DNA of 64,000 nt from Acidimicrobiales bacterium (GTDB lineage Bacteria; Actinomycetota; Acidimicrobiia; Acidimicrobiales; Acidimicrobilacustridaceae). The stretch is from NCBI GenBank assembly GCA_041394105.1, contig JAWKIY010000010.1:12262-76261 (forward strand), written 5' to 3'. Below, one piece after another: positions 1 through 9,834 of this stretch (position 1 is its first letter; the number at the start of each line of letters is the position of its first letter). A program made the translations under genes and the position numbers. The notes below the pieces were generated by a model. The model did no database searches and was not told the origin of the DNA. It worked only from the letters and a program-made list of their open reading frames with translations.

Positions 1-1
1 C

Positions 2-493
2 CACGTGTACGTCGCGCTCGAGGCTCGCTGGGACGCGGTGGCGGTGCGCCAGGCGGCGGTGGCGCTGGCCCGCGAGCTCGAACGACGCCGCCCCGACCTG
101 CTCACCGCAGCGTGGTGGAAGGAGGAGCGCGGCACCCGGGTCTTCGTCGACTTCAACCAGAACGCGCCGCACAAGACGGTGTTCGGGGCGTGGTCGGCGC
201 GGGCGCGCACCGGCGCGCAGGTGTCGTGCCCGTTCGCCTGGGACGACCTCGACGCCATCGATCCCGAGGCGTGCACCGTCGCCACCGTGCCCGAGCGCCT
301 CGCCGCCGGCGGCGACCCGTGGGCCGGCATGCGCGCTGCGCCGCAGACGATCGACGCTCTGCTCGGGTGGTTCTGGCGCGACATCGACGACGGGCTGATG
401 GACGCCCCGTGGCCGCCCGTGTACCCGAAGATGCCGCTGGAGCCTCCCCGCGTGGCGCCCAGCCGAGCCGCCAAACCCGACGACGAGGCCTAG
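2..493 (+). CDS. LigD-type NHEJ polymerase (primase-polymerase) domain protein, 5' end outside window
   Basis: ORF is open to the window start (frame of track ORF 5..493). C-terminal sequence VFVDFNQNAPHKTVF ... PWPPVYPKMPLEPPRVAPSR resembles the LigD PolDom. TAG stop at 491-493 overlaps the convergent TetR stop. Confidence 0.8.
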   Translation, partial: HVYVALEARWDAVAVRQAAVALARELERRRPDLLTAAWWKEERGTRVFVDFNQNAPHKTVFGAWSARARTGAQVSCPFAWDDLDAIDPEACTVATVPERLAAGGDPWAGMRAAPQTIDALLGWFWRDIDDGLMDAPWPPVYPKMPLEPPRVAPSRAAKPDDEA

Positions 494-1047
494 GACGCCG
501 CCGCCAGCACCGGCGGCGCCAGCACCTCGATCAGCCGCCGCTCGCGCGCCGGGTCCGCCGGCACGGCCAGCAACGACAGGACCAGGCGCACCACCGCCTC
601 GGCGGCGAGGTCGGCGTCGGCCCCCGGTTCGACGAGTGCGGCGACGAAGTCCACCACCAGCTCGTGCAGCACCTCCGCCTGCAGGGCGATGCGTCCCGTG
701 GCTCCGGCGGCTCCCTCGCTGAACCAGGCGGCCAGCAACGGGCGGGCGCGCACCTGCGCCACGGCGGCGACCACCGCCTCGACCAGCAGGGCGTCCGGCT
801 CGTCGACGCCGGCCACCTCGACCGCCACCGCGGCCGCCACCCGGCGCGACTCGCGGGCCACGAACGCCCGGCGCAGCGCGTCGCGGTCCCCGACGTAGCG
901 GTAGACCGTCCCCCGGGCGCACCCCGCCTCGGCCGCCACCTCGGCCACCGTCAGGTCGATGTCGCCGCGCCGGGCCGCCACGGCGCCGGCCGCGTCGAGC
1001 AGCCGCGTGTGGGCCACCTCGGGAGAGACCTCCCGCCCCCAGGTCAC
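490..1047 (-). CDS. TetR/AcrR family transcriptional regulator
   Basis: 185-aa ORF with N-terminal HTH LTVAEVAAEAGCARGTVYRYVGDRDAL. GTG start overlaps the P450 stop (GTGA), so P450 and TetR form one operon. Confidence 0.9.
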   Translation of the reverse strand: MTWGREVSPEVAHTRLLDAAGAVAARRGDIDLTVAEVAAEAGCARGTVYRYVGDRDALRRAFVARESRRVAAAVAVEVAGVDEPDALLVEAVVAAVAQVRARPLLAAWFSEGAAGATGRIALQAEVLHELVVDFVAALVEPGADADLAAEAVVRLVLSLLAVPADPARERRLIEVLAPPVLAAAS

Positions 1048-2288
1048 GGCGCCGGCGGTGCCGTCAGCGGCAGCGTCTCGAAGCGGCGGACGAAGGCGCC
1101 CGGGGCGTAGGCGGCGCGGTCGAGGTCGAGCTCGTAGTCGCCGAAGCGCTCCAACAGCTCCTCGAGCGCCACCCGGCCCTGGAGGCGGGCGGCGTGCGAG
1201 CCGAGGCAGTAGTGCGGACCGCTGGTGAAGGTGAGGATCTTGGCGATCGACCGGCCGATGTCGAGCGCGTCGGCGTCGGCACCGAACTCGCGCGGGTCAC
1301 GGTTGGCGGCGCCGTAGAGCAGGTGCACCCGGCTGCCCGCCGGGATCGTCGTGCCGCGCACCTCGACGTCGCGCGTGACGGCGCGCGACAGCCCCTGCAC
1401 CGGTGAGGTGAGGCGCAGCAGCTCCTCGAGCGCGCCGTCGATCAGACTCGGGTCGTCGCGCAACGCCCGGCGCTGGTCGGGATGGGCCGCCAGCAGCTCG
1501 GCGGCGCCGCCGAGCAGGCCCGTCGCCGTGTCGTTGCCGCCGGCGACCATCACGAACGCATACCCGAGCACCGCTTCGGGCGAGACCTCCTCGTCCCCGA
1601 GCGACGCCTGCACCAGGGTGGAGATCATGTCGTCGCCCGGCTCGCGCCGGCGGCGCTCGAGCAGCTCGGTGAAGTAGCCGTAGAGGTCGGTGACGGCCTC
1701 GAGCGCGTCGGCGAGCACGTCACCGCCGGCGTTGGCGGCCACGATGGCGGCCGTCCAACGGTCGAAGCGGTCGCGATCCTCGGGCGGCACCCCGAGGTAG
1801 TGCGCCACCACGAAGCTGGGCAGCGGTCCGGCGAGGCCGGCGATGAGGTCGGTCTCACCGGTGGCGGCCAGCTCCTCGGCCATCACGTCGAGCCGGGCGC
1901 GCACGAAGGCGCGCACCTCGGGTTCGAGCGGCGCCACCGCCCGGGGCGTGAACCCGCGCGACACGAGGCGGCGATAGGCCGTGTGCTCGGGCGGGTCCAT
2001 CATCACGATCGTCGGCGCCAGGCCCAGGGCCTTGCGGTCGCCGCCGTCGAGCGAGAGGCCCTCGGCGGAGGAGAACGTCTCGGTGTCGCGTGCGGCGGCG
2101 AAGACGTCGTCGAAGCGGCTGAGCACGTAGAAGCCGCCGCCCGGGTCAGCCGCTGCCGCGTGCGCCGTCGCCGGCACCTGCGCCCACGGCTGGAAGTGCA
2201 CGGGCGCCTCGTCGCGCAGGCGGGCGTAGGTGGCGAACGGCGCACGCATGTGCTCCGGCGCGAACGGGTCGAACACCAACGTCGTCAT
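1044..2288 (-). CDS. cytochrome P450
   Basis: Internal ATG at 2288 of long track ORF 1044..4190, giving 414 aa. Has ExxR (EELLR) and the heme-thiolate loop FTSGPHYCLGSHAA (FxxGxxxCxG). Confidence 0.9.
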   Translation of the reverse strand: MTTLVFDPFAPEHMRAPFATYARLRDEAPVHFQPWAQVPATAHAAAADPGGGFYVLSRFDDVFAAARDTETFSSAEGLSLDGGDRKALGLAPTIVMMDPPEHTAYRRLVSRGFTPRAVAPLEPEVRAFVRARLDVMAEELAATGETDLIAGLAGPLPSFVVAHYLGVPPEDRDRFDRWTAAIVAANAGGDVLADALEAVTDLYGYFTELLERRRREPGDDMISTLVQASLGDEEVSPEAVLGYAFVMVAGGNDTATGLLGGAAELLAAHPDQRRALRDDPSLIDGALEELLRLTSPVQGLSRAVTRDVEVRGTTIPAGSRVHLLYGAANRDPREFGADADALDIGRSIAKILTFTSGPHYCLGSHAARLQGRVALEELLERFGDYELDLDRAAYAPGAFVRRFETLPLTAPPAP

Positions 2289-2289
2289 G

Positions 2290-2315
2290 TTGAACACTTT
2301 TACAGAACTGTTCAA
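2290..2315. promoter_or_regulatory. AT-rich inverted repeat TTGAACA-N12-TGTTCAA, candidate operator of the adjacent TetR
   Basis: Perfect 7-bp arms read directly (2290-2296 and 2309-2315). It abuts the P450 ATG (2288) in the divergent intergenic region and is locally AT-rich in a very GC-rich genome. Confidence 0.4.
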
Positions 2316-2435
2316 GAGCTGCAAGTGGCCGTTCCGTCCCGCTGCGTGCATTACCACCACCGAGAGCCACGGCCTAAGGTCCGTGCACCGGGCCGGGGGG
2401 CTCGGCTGAGCGAGACGGGGAAGGGGCGACCCGGG

Positions 2436-4682
2436 ATGCGCAGAGGGGGACGTCGCGCGGCGTTGCTGGCCGTGGCAGCGCTGGGCTTGGCCGCAGGTGC
2501 CTGCACCACGTCGGCCGACGCCGGCAGCGAGGGCCAGGCCGCCGCCACGGGCGGTGCCGCCGCCTCGGGACCGACATCGCAGCCGCCGGAGCACCTCGAG
2601 GCCGAGGTGCTCTCCAGCCGGGCCGAGGACGTGACCGGCGGCGACACGGTGGTCCATGTGCGCCTGCCCGCCGGCCTGGCGGCCGATGCCGTCACCGTCA
2701 CCGCCGACGCCACCGGCGAGGCCTTTCCGGTCGAGGTCGACCGCACCGGCCGCCACGTCGCCCGAGTCAGTGGGCTGCCCGACGGTTCGTCGACCATCAC
2801 CGCCGTCGCCGGCGACGGCGACCGCGCCACCGTCGAGGTGACCAACCACCCGACCACCGGCCCGCTCTTCTCCGGGCCGCACCTGCCGATGCCGGTGTGC
2901 AGCACCGATCTGTACGGCCTCGGCGAGCCCCTCGACGAGGACTGCTCCGCCACCACCTCGATCCGCTGGAAGTACCTGAGCACCGACGGGGAGCTCAAGC
3001 CGCTCGACGACCCCAGCACCCTGCCCGCCGACGTCGAGACCATCGGCGAGACGAAGCTGCCCTTCATCGTCCGCCAGGAGACCGGGACGCTCAACCGGGG
3101 CATCTACTGGATCACCGTGCTCGACCCCATGCCGGACCCGACGTCGCAGCAGTGGGATCCCTCCGCCTGGAACGGGCGGCTGATCTACGAGTTCGGCGGC
3201 GGTAGCGGCACCTCGTACTCGCAGGGGTTCAAGATGCTCGGCGACCCGAGCACCGAGTTGCTCGAGCGCGGCTACGCCTTCGCCACCTCGACGCTCAACA
3301 CGTTCCAGGTCGCCTGCAACGACGTGCTGTCGGCCGAGTCGGTGAGCATGGTCAAGGAGCGCTTCGCCGAGGGCTACGACACGCCGGCGTTCACCATCGG
3401 TTCGGGCGGCTCGGGCGGTGCCATCCAGCAGTACCTCATCGCCCAGAACTATCCCGGGCTGCTCGACGCCATCTCGCCGGCGCTCCCCTTCCCCGACGCC
3501 ATCAGCATCTCGGGCGGCGTGGTCGACTGCGCCCTGCTGGGCGACTACTACGCCACGCCCGAGGGCGCCGCCCTCTCCGAGGAGCAGCGCACCGCCATCA
3601 ACGGCCACCTGACCACCGACACCTGCGGCATGTGGGACGCCACGTTCGCGCCGATCGTCGACCCGTCGGGCCCGTGCACCATCCCGGGCCTCTCCGCCGC
3701 CGGCCCGCTGATCGGCGGGCTGCCCGACGGCGGCTTCCCGCTGCTCCCGCGCGACGAGGTGTACGACGCCGAGACCAACCCCGACGGCTTGCGCTGCACG
3801 CTGCAGGACTCGAACGTGAACCTCATCGGCACGGACCCGGAGACCGGGTTCGCCCGCCGTCCGTGGGACAACGTCGGCGTCGAGTACGGCCTGGGCGCGC
3901 TGCGTGACGGCGTGATCGACCTCGACACCTTCCTGGCGCTCAACGAGGGCATCGGCAGCTACGACATCGACGGCAACCACGTCGCCGAGCGGGCCGAGGC
4001 CGACGAGGACACCATCCGCACGGCGTACGCCACCGGCCGCGTCACCGACGGCAGCGGCGACCTGCGCCGCATCCCGATCATCTCGGTCAACGTCTGGACC
4101 GACGACCAGGGCGACATCCACGACCGCTTCCGGGCGTTCTCGATGCGCGAACGCCTGCGCAACCCGGACGGCTCCAACCCGCCGAACCACATGATCTGGA
4201 CGCGCGGCCTCCCCGACGGCTCGAACCTCGTCCAGAGCCTCTCCGGTTCGCTCGACGTCGGCTCCGAGGCGATCACCGTGCTCGACACCTGGCTGACGGC
4301 GCTCGACGCCGACACCTCAGGCGACCCGATCGAGGTCCGCCTCGAGCGCACCCGCCCCGACGAGGCGATCGACAACTGCATCACCGCCGACGGCGAGCGG
4401 CTGTCGGGCCTCGGCATCTACGACGAGCCCGGGCCGTGCCGGGACCTGTACCCGCTGCACGGCGATCCCCGCACGGTGGCCGGCGCGCCGTTGGCCGACG
4501 ACGTGCTCAAGTGCAGCCTGCAACCGGTGGCCGAGGCGGTCGAGCAGGGCCGCTACGGCCAGGCCACCGAGGAGCAGGTGACGCGCCTCGAGGTCATCTT
4601 CCCCGACGGCGTGTGCGACTTCAGCCGACCGGGCGTGGGCCAGGTCCCGGTCGAGGGCGTCTGGCTGCGCTACCCGCGCTGA
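2436..4682 (+). CDS. secreted lipoprotein, putative alpha/beta-hydrolase-like (tannase/feruloyl-esterase-like or DUF6351-like; family from memory, unverified)
   Basis: ATG 2436 inside track ORF 1482..4682, preceded by GGGGAAGGGG. Signal peptide with lipobox-like LGLAAGAC. GxSxG-like IGSGGSGGAIQQY. Codon third positions are strongly G/C throughout. Confidence 0.75.
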   Translation: MRRGGRRAALLAVAALGLAAGACTTSADAGSEGQAAATGGAAASGPTSQPPEHLEAEVLSSRAEDVTGGDTVVHVRLPAGLAADAVTVTADATGEAFPVEVDRTGRHVARVSGLPDGSSTITAVAGDGDRATVEVTNHPTTGPLFSGPHLPMPVCSTDLYGLGEPLDEDCSATTSIRWKYLSTDGELKPLDDPSTLPADVETIGETKLPFIVRQETGTLNRGIYWITVLDPMPDPTSQQWDPSAWNGRLIYEFGGGSGTSYSQGFKMLGDPSTELLERGYAFATSTLNTFQVACNDVLSAESVSMVKERFAEGYDTPAFTIGSGGSGGAIQQYLIAQNYPGLLDAISPALPFPDAISISGGVVDCALLGDYYATPEGAALSEEQRTAINGHLTTDTCGMWDATFAPIVDPSGPCTIPGLSAAGPLIGGLPDGGFPLLPRDEVYDAETNPDGLRCTLQDSNVNLIGTDPETGFARRPWDNVGVEYGLGALRDGVIDLDTFLALNEGIGSYDIDGNHVAERAEADEDTIRTAYATGRVTDGSGDLRRIPIISVNVWTDDQGDIHDRFRAFSMRERLRNPDGSNPPNHMIWTRGLPDGSNLVQSLSGSLDVGSEAITVLDTWLTALDADTSGDPIEVRLERTRPDEAIDNCITADGERLSGLGIYDEPGPCRDLYPLHGDPRTVAGAPLADDVLKCSLQPVAEAVEQGRYGQATEEQVTRLEVIFPDGVCDFSRPGVGQVPVEGVWLRYPR

Positions 4683-7600
4683 TCAGGTCGGCGGCACGCT
4701 GGCCGACGTGGTCGTCGTGCCGGGGGTGCCGGCCGTGCCGGGGGTGTCCTCCAACAGCTGCTGCGCCTCGGCGACCTTGGCGTTCGACTCGTCGATCAGC
4801 CGCTGGTACTCGCCGAGGCCCTTGCCGCCGGCCAGCGCCTCGTCGGCCTGCTGCTTGAGGGCGGTCGCCTCGTCGAGGAGCTCCGCCACCCGGTCGAGGC
4901 CCTCGGCACCGGTCGGCGACCCGCCGTCGGTCTGCGGCTGCCCGGTCGGATCGCCCGAGTCCGGCCGTTCGAGCGTCTGCACCTCGGTGGCGCCGAACAG
5001 CTCCTCGAGCGCCTCGCGCAAGGTGGGCTTCATGACGATCTCCGTGCCCCAGGCCACGATGACCTGTTTGAGCTGGGCGAACTGGTCGGAGGTGACGTAC
5101 ATCGGACGCACCCACAGCAACGAGTTGTTGACCGGCACCAGCACCATGTTGCCGAAGGTCACGTTCGAGCCGCCCTGGCCGAGCAAGGTGATCTGCTCCG
5201 AGATCGTCTCGTTGTTGTTGATCGACGAGTTCACGAGCGTGGGGCCGTCGAGCGAGAACGGGCTCGGCATCTGGTACACGACGATCTCGCCGTAGTGCTC
5301 GCCGTCGGTGCGCGCCACGGCGAACGCCGTCAGCTTCTGCGTCGACTCCGACCCGCCGGACACCGGGACGAACGGCCGGATGAGCACGAACTCCGGCTGA
5401 TCCTCCCCCGGCAGGTTCATCAGCACGTAGTAGGGCTCGATGGGTGTGTCCGACACCACGGTCTGGCTGCCGCTGGCGTCCTTCTTGGGCGGCGCCGAGC
5501 CCGGATCGTTCGCCACCGACCAGGCGCCGGACTTCTGCAGGAAGGCCGACGGATCCGAGATGTGGTACGTGGTGAGCAGCGACGTCTGGACCTTGAACAG
5601 GTCCTCGGGGAACCGCACGTGCGCCTGGAGCTCGGAGTGCATCTGGCTGCGGGGCCGGAACAGGTCGGGGAAGGCGGCGCCGTAGGTCGCCAGGATGGGG
5701 TCGTCCTCGTCCCAGATGTAGTAGTTGACGGTGCCGTCGTAGGCGTCGACGACCGCCTTGACCGAGTTGCGCACGTAGTTGAAGTCGGTGTTGAGGCCGG
5801 ACCGTTCGGGCACGACGCGGCTCATGTTGGCGCCGGGGACGTCGGCGAGCGACTGCGCGTTCGGGTAGCGGTCGGTGATCGTGTAGCCGTCGACGATGAA
5901 CTGGATGCGCCCGTTGACGAGCACGGGGTACGGGTCCGTGTCCCACACGAGGCCGTCGAGCGGGGCGAGCGACTGCACCCGGTTGGCGACGTCGCGGTGC
6001 ATCAGCAGCTGCGAGTCGGGGCCCACGAAGCTCGACACGAACAGGTTCCAGTCGGCGAAGCGCAGCGCGAACAGCGCCTGGTTGAACGACGAGCCGATCG
6101 GGACGCCGCCGTCGCCTTCGTAGCGGTTCGGCACGACCGTCTGCTCCGTGCCGGCCTCGATGTAGCCGATCTCGTCGCGCGAGGCGCCGACGATGACGTA
6201 GTCGTCGGCCGTCGGCGCGATGTTGCCGTAGTACACGTACGGCTGGTCGAGCCGCCCCTCGAAGGCGTCGCTGTACTCGGTCGGGACGTTGGACACGACG
6301 AAGTCCGGGTCGCCGTCGCCGACCACGGCGTTCGCTGCCGCCAGCGCCACGCCATACCCGTGGGTGTACGCGATGTGGAGGTTCTCCCACGTGGGGTTGG
6401 GGATGCCGTTGCGGTCGAGGTCGCGCGTGCCGATCAGCATCGCCGTCGAGGCGGACGTGTCCTCGTCGAGACGCAGCGGGTAGCGGTCCACGTCGATGTC
6501 GGTGAAGGTGTAGCTCTGGTTCTGTCGCTGGAGCTTCTGGAACGAGCTGCGCACCTGCTCCGGGTCGAGCAACCGGATGTTGCGCACCGTCTCGGGGTTG
6601 GCCTCGAGCGCGGCGCGCGTCTCCCCCACGTCGTCGGAGCCGTCGTAGTCGAACGGCGTGAGCTGGAGCTGATCGTCGAGCACCAGGTCGTACGACTGGC
6701 GCGTGGCGTCGATGTTCTCGGCGACGTACTCGGCCTCGCGCGTCGACTGCGACGGTTCGACGACCCAGTTCTGCACCGCCGCCGGCAGTATCGAGCCGGC
6801 GGCCAACTGCACGACGGCCCACAGCACGACCACCACCACCGGCAGGACCCAGCCCCGCCGCCGGACGTTGACGAGCAGCAGGACCGCCGCCGTCAGGGCG
6901 ATCGGGGCCAGCAGCCGCAGGGCGGGCTCGTCGACATGGACCGCCGTATAGCCCGCGGCCTGGATGCCCGATCGGTTCGAGTACACGAGCAGGTACCGCT
7001 CGAGCAGGTACTGCACGCCCTTGACCAGCGCCAGCATCGCCAGCAGGAACGACAGGTGTGCCTTGACCTGCGGCGTGATGCGCTGGCTCGGCGCCTGCAG
7101 GCGGATGCCCCCGTTGAGGTAGTAGGCGCCCAGCGTGACCAGGGTCATGATCACGAGCGAGGCGAAGGCCCAGTCGGCCAGCACGACGTAGAACGGCAGG
7201 TCGAAGACGTAGAAGCCGATGTCGAGCCCGTAGGTGGCGTCGGTCTGGCCGAACGGTCGCCCGTTGGCCCACAGCAGGTACTCGTTCCACCGCGCCGCCA
7301 TCCCGGCGCCGGTGATCACCCCGAACCCGAGGGCGACGCCGATGCGGACCACCTGCGAGCGGCGCTCGACCAGGTCTTGATAGCGGGCGAGGAACTCGTC
7401 CTCAGGCGAGGCCGGCCGGAACACCGGCGCCAAGCGGTGCGCCACCGAGAGGTCCACCCACAACAGCACGGCGAACAGCAGCGTGAAGCCGAGGCCGAGC
7501 CCGACCCGGGCCCACACGATCGTGTCGAACGTCTCGACGAAGCCGGTCGAGTCGAACCACATCCGGTCCGTCACGAAGGTCGCCACACCGCGGACCGACG

Positions 7601-7697
7601 TCAGCAGCAGGAACCCCACGACGAGCGCCACGAACAGCACCACCCGCCCGCGCCCGGAGCGGCGGCGGTTGATCGGCAGGTCGGCAGGGGCGCGCAT
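4683..7697 (-). CDS. UPF0182 family large integral membrane protein
   Basis: 1004-aa ORF with an N-terminal multi-TM region followed by a large extracytoplasmic part, typical of actinobacterial UPF0182 (Rv3193c-like, from memory). Its stop abuts the convergent lipoprotein stop (tgatca). Confidence 0.9.
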   Translation of the reverse strand: MRAPADLPINRRRSGRGRVVLFVALVVGFLLLTSVRGVATFVTDRMWFDSTGFVETFDTIVWARVGLGLGFTLLFAVLLWVDLSVAHRLAPVFRPASPEDEFLARYQDLVERRSQVVRIGVALGFGVITGAGMAARWNEYLLWANGRPFGQTDATYGLDIGFYVFDLPFYVVLADWAFASLVIMTLVTLGAYYLNGGIRLQAPSQRITPQVKAHLSFLLAMLALVKGVQYLLERYLLVYSNRSGIQAAGYTAVHVDEPALRLLAPIALTAAVLLLVNVRRRGWVLPVVVVVLWAVVQLAAGSILPAAVQNWVVEPSQSTREAEYVAENIDATRQSYDLVLDDQLQLTPFDYDGSDDVGETRAALEANPETVRNIRLLDPEQVRSSFQKLQRQNQSYTFTDIDVDRYPLRLDEDTSASTAMLIGTRDLDRNGIPNPTWENLHIAYTHGYGVALAAANAVVGDGDPDFVVSNVPTEYSDAFEGRLDQPYVYYGNIAPTADDYVIVGASRDEIGYIEAGTEQTVVPNRYEGDGGVPIGSSFNQALFALRFADWNLFVSSFVGPDSQLLMHRDVANRVQSLAPLDGLVWDTDPYPVLVNGRIQFIVDGYTITDRYPNAQSLADVPGANMSRVVPERSGLNTDFNYVRNSVKAVVDAYDGTVNYYIWDEDDPILATYGAAFPDLFRPRSQMHSELQAHVRFPEDLFKVQTSLLTTYHISDPSAFLQKSGAWSVANDPGSAPPKKDASGSQTVVSDTPIEPYYVLMNLPGEDQPEFVLIRPFVPVSGGSESTQKLTAFAVARTDGEHYGEIVVYQMPSPFSLDGPTLVNSSINNNETISEQITLLGQGGSNVTFGNMVLVPVNNSLLWVRPMYVTSDQFAQLKQVIVAWGTEIVMKPTLREALEELFGATEVQTLERPDSGDPTGQPQTDGGSPTGAEGLDRVAELLDEATALKQQADEALAGGKGLGEYQRLIDESNAKVAEAQQLLEDTPGTAGTPGTTTTSASVPPT

Positions 7698-7720
7698 CGG
7701 ATGGTCAGCCTACGAGACCG

Positions 7721-8848
7721 TCACTGCGTGGCCGCATCGCCGGCGAGCGCCACCTCGACGTCGCCGCCGATCGACCCCAGCGCCTCGAGCGCCTCGGTGA
7801 CGTCGCTGACGGCGACGACCTGCAGCCCGTCGGCGTACTGCAGCGCCTCCTCGTACTCGTCGTCGGGCACGAGGAAGAGCTTGGACCCGTGGTCCTTGAC
7901 CGTCTCGACCTTCTGGTGGATGCCACCGATCGGCCCGATCGTGCCGTCGAGCCGGATCGTCCCGGTGACCGCCACGTCGTTGCCCCCGGTGAGGCTCCCC
8001 GGCGTGAGCACGTCGATCGTGGCGAGCGTGAACGCCAGCCCGGCCGACGGACCACCCACGTCGCCGGAGTCGATCGACACCTCGAACGGCAGGTCGAACT
8101 GGAGCTCGCGGGTGCCCGACGACACGCCGAGGAACGCCGTGGCGGCGTCGTCGGGATGGTGGCCGAGGGTGACCGGCACGGCGACCGGCCCCTCGTCCGG
8201 ACCCTGGTCGATGGCCAGCGTCACCGTGTCACCGGGTTCGTGTGCCGCCAGCGCCGCCACCAGGTCCTCCGCCAACCCGACCGGCTGATCGTCGACGGCG
8301 ACCACCGTGTCGCCCGGCTGCAGCACGCCGTCAGCAGCCGAGCCTTCCACCACCTCGAAGATGACGGCACCCGTGCCGGTGGCCGCCACGTCGTAGCCCA
8401 GCTGCCGCAGGGCCACCACCTCTGCGGTCTGCTTGGAGCTGTCCATGAGCTGCAGGTTCCGCGCCCGGTTGTCCTCGTGGGTCTGATCGCCGAGCACCTC
8501 ACGCGCCGGGAAGACGTCGCGCGCCGGATCGATCCAGCCGATCAGCGCGCTCCACGCCGTCGCCTCGCTCGAGGACACGGTCGTGTAGCCGATCTCCCCG
8601 GAGTCGCGATAGGTCGGCCGACCCTCGACCTGCACGGCGTCCTGGGTGGGCCGGACCTGGCCGGGCGAGATCACGTAGTACGGCAAGCGCACGAAGTTCG
8701 CCGTCACGATGGCGACGAGGAGCAGCCCGACGATGCCGCCGAGGATGTAGTTCCGCAACCGCCGTCGCGACCGGGGTGGCTCCACCTCGACGCCTACGGG
8801 CGTCGAGAGGTCGGGGGCTACCATGCCGGGAACTGGTTCGTCGCTCAC
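7721..8848 (-). CDS. PDZ domain-containing Lon-like (S16) serine protease, YlbL/Rv3194c-like
   Basis: GTG 8848 is preceded by AAAGG. One TM, a PDZ segment (GSAADGVLQPGDTVVAVDD) and a Lon-type Ser-Lys dyad context (VGGPSAGLAF ... GGIHQKV). It lies upstream of UPF0182, as in mycobacteria (from memory). Confidence 0.85.
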   Translation of the reverse strand: MSDEPVPGMVAPDLSTPVGVEVEPPRSRRRLRNYILGGIVGLLLVAIVTANFVRLPYYVISPGQVRPTQDAVQVEGRPTYRDSGEIGYTTVSSSEATAWSALIGWIDPARDVFPAREVLGDQTHEDNRARNLQLMDSSKQTAEVVALRQLGYDVAATGTGAVIFEVVEGSAADGVLQPGDTVVAVDDQPVGLAEDLVAALAAHEPGDTVTLAIDQGPDEGPVAVPVTLGHHPDDAATAFLGVSSGTRELQFDLPFEVSIDSGDVGGPSAGLAFTLATIDVLTPGSLTGGNDVAVTGTIRLDGTIGPIGGIHQKVETVKDHGSKLFLVPDDEYEEALQYADGLQVVAVSDVTEALEALGSIGGDVEVALAGDAATQ

Positions 8849-8957
8849 GTTCGCCTTTCGCACGGTGGTTCGACGGCGGCTCAGTGTATGGAGTTCCCAC
8901 GGAAGGCGAGGCGCGTGGCACAGGGTTCGACGACACGGTGGAGCGCCGGGCGTCACG

Positions 8958-9140
8958 GTGCCCGACCCGAACCTCTTCCCGGCGCAGAGCGATGTCCGCC
9001 CGCGGCCCAAGTGGTTCATCCGCCTGCGCGGGTTCCTGACGCTGGCCGTGCTCGTCGTCGGGGGCGGCGTGGCGCTGGCCGCCACGGTGGCGATCCTGCT
9101 GGCGCTGATCGCCATCATCTCGATCGCCTTCCTCACCTGA
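8958..9140 (+). CDS. small membrane protein (hypothetical)
   Basis: GTG 8958 within track ORF 8823..9140. One clear TM helix (FLTLAVLVVGGGVALAATVAILLALIAIISIAFL) and strong G/C third-position bias. No family recognised. Confidence 0.5.
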   Translation: MPDPNLFPAQSDVRPRPKWFIRLRGFLTLAVLVVGGGVALAATVAILLALIAIISIAFLT

Positions 9141-9145
9141 GCACC

Positions 9146-9834
9146 GTGCCCGGCGACGACACCGTTGCTCGCCGCCGCGCCGCGGCGCTCGCCGGCCATC
9201 GGGGCGACGCCGCCGCCGCCCGGCGAGCCACGCTCGACGACGATGCGACGGTGCGCGCCGCTGCGCTCGGCGCGCTGGCGCTGCGACGACCTGCACGTCG
9301 GCGATCTCGAGCGGGCCGCCGCCGACCCGCACGCCGTGGTGCGCCGTCGGGCCGCCGAGCTGATCGGGCACCACGGGCCACGACGATCCGAACGAGGACG
9401 GCGCCAACGATGGGGCGGCCGACGGCCCGCTCGACCGGGTGGTCGAGGTCCTGCTGGCCGACGCGGCCGCCACGGTGATCGATGCCGCCGCCTGGGCTGC
9501 CGGTGAGCGGTGGGGGCTCGACGACGACGGGGAACCCACCGGCGCTCCCCCGGAGGCGCTGGCGCTGCTCGTCGACCACGCCCGCGCCCACGACGACGCC
9601 CTGGTGCGGGAGACCTGCGTCGCCGCGCTCGGCGCCATCGGCGACCCGGCCGGCGAGGCCGCCGTCATCGAGGCGATGGGCGGTCCGGCGGTGCTGCGCC
9701 GGCGGGCCGTGCTGGCGCTGGCGGCGTTCGACGGGCCCGACGCTGCTGCTGCGCTGCGCGCAGCCCTGGAGGATCGCGACTGGCAGGTCCGCCAGGCCGC
9801 CGAGGACCTGCTCGACGCTCGACCCCAGCCTTAG
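9146..9834 (+). pseudogene. HEAT-repeat protein, reading frame broken twice (near 9283 and 9376)
   Basis: HEAT-like repeats continue across three frames. Frame 2 reads RRRAAALAGHRGD..DDDATVRAAALGAL. Frame 3 reads DLHVGDLERAAADPHAVVRRRAAELIGHH. Frame 1 reads GHDDPNEDG..VVEVLLADAAATVIDAAAWAAGE..DALVRETCVAALGAIGDP..DWQVRQAAEDLL. Confidence 0.6.

Noticed and set aside
490-493. Overlapping or abutting convergent stop codons forming palindromes (ctag at 490-493, tgatca at 4680-4685).
   Set aside because: This is a trivial consequence of tight convergent gene packing, and no further structure is associated with it.
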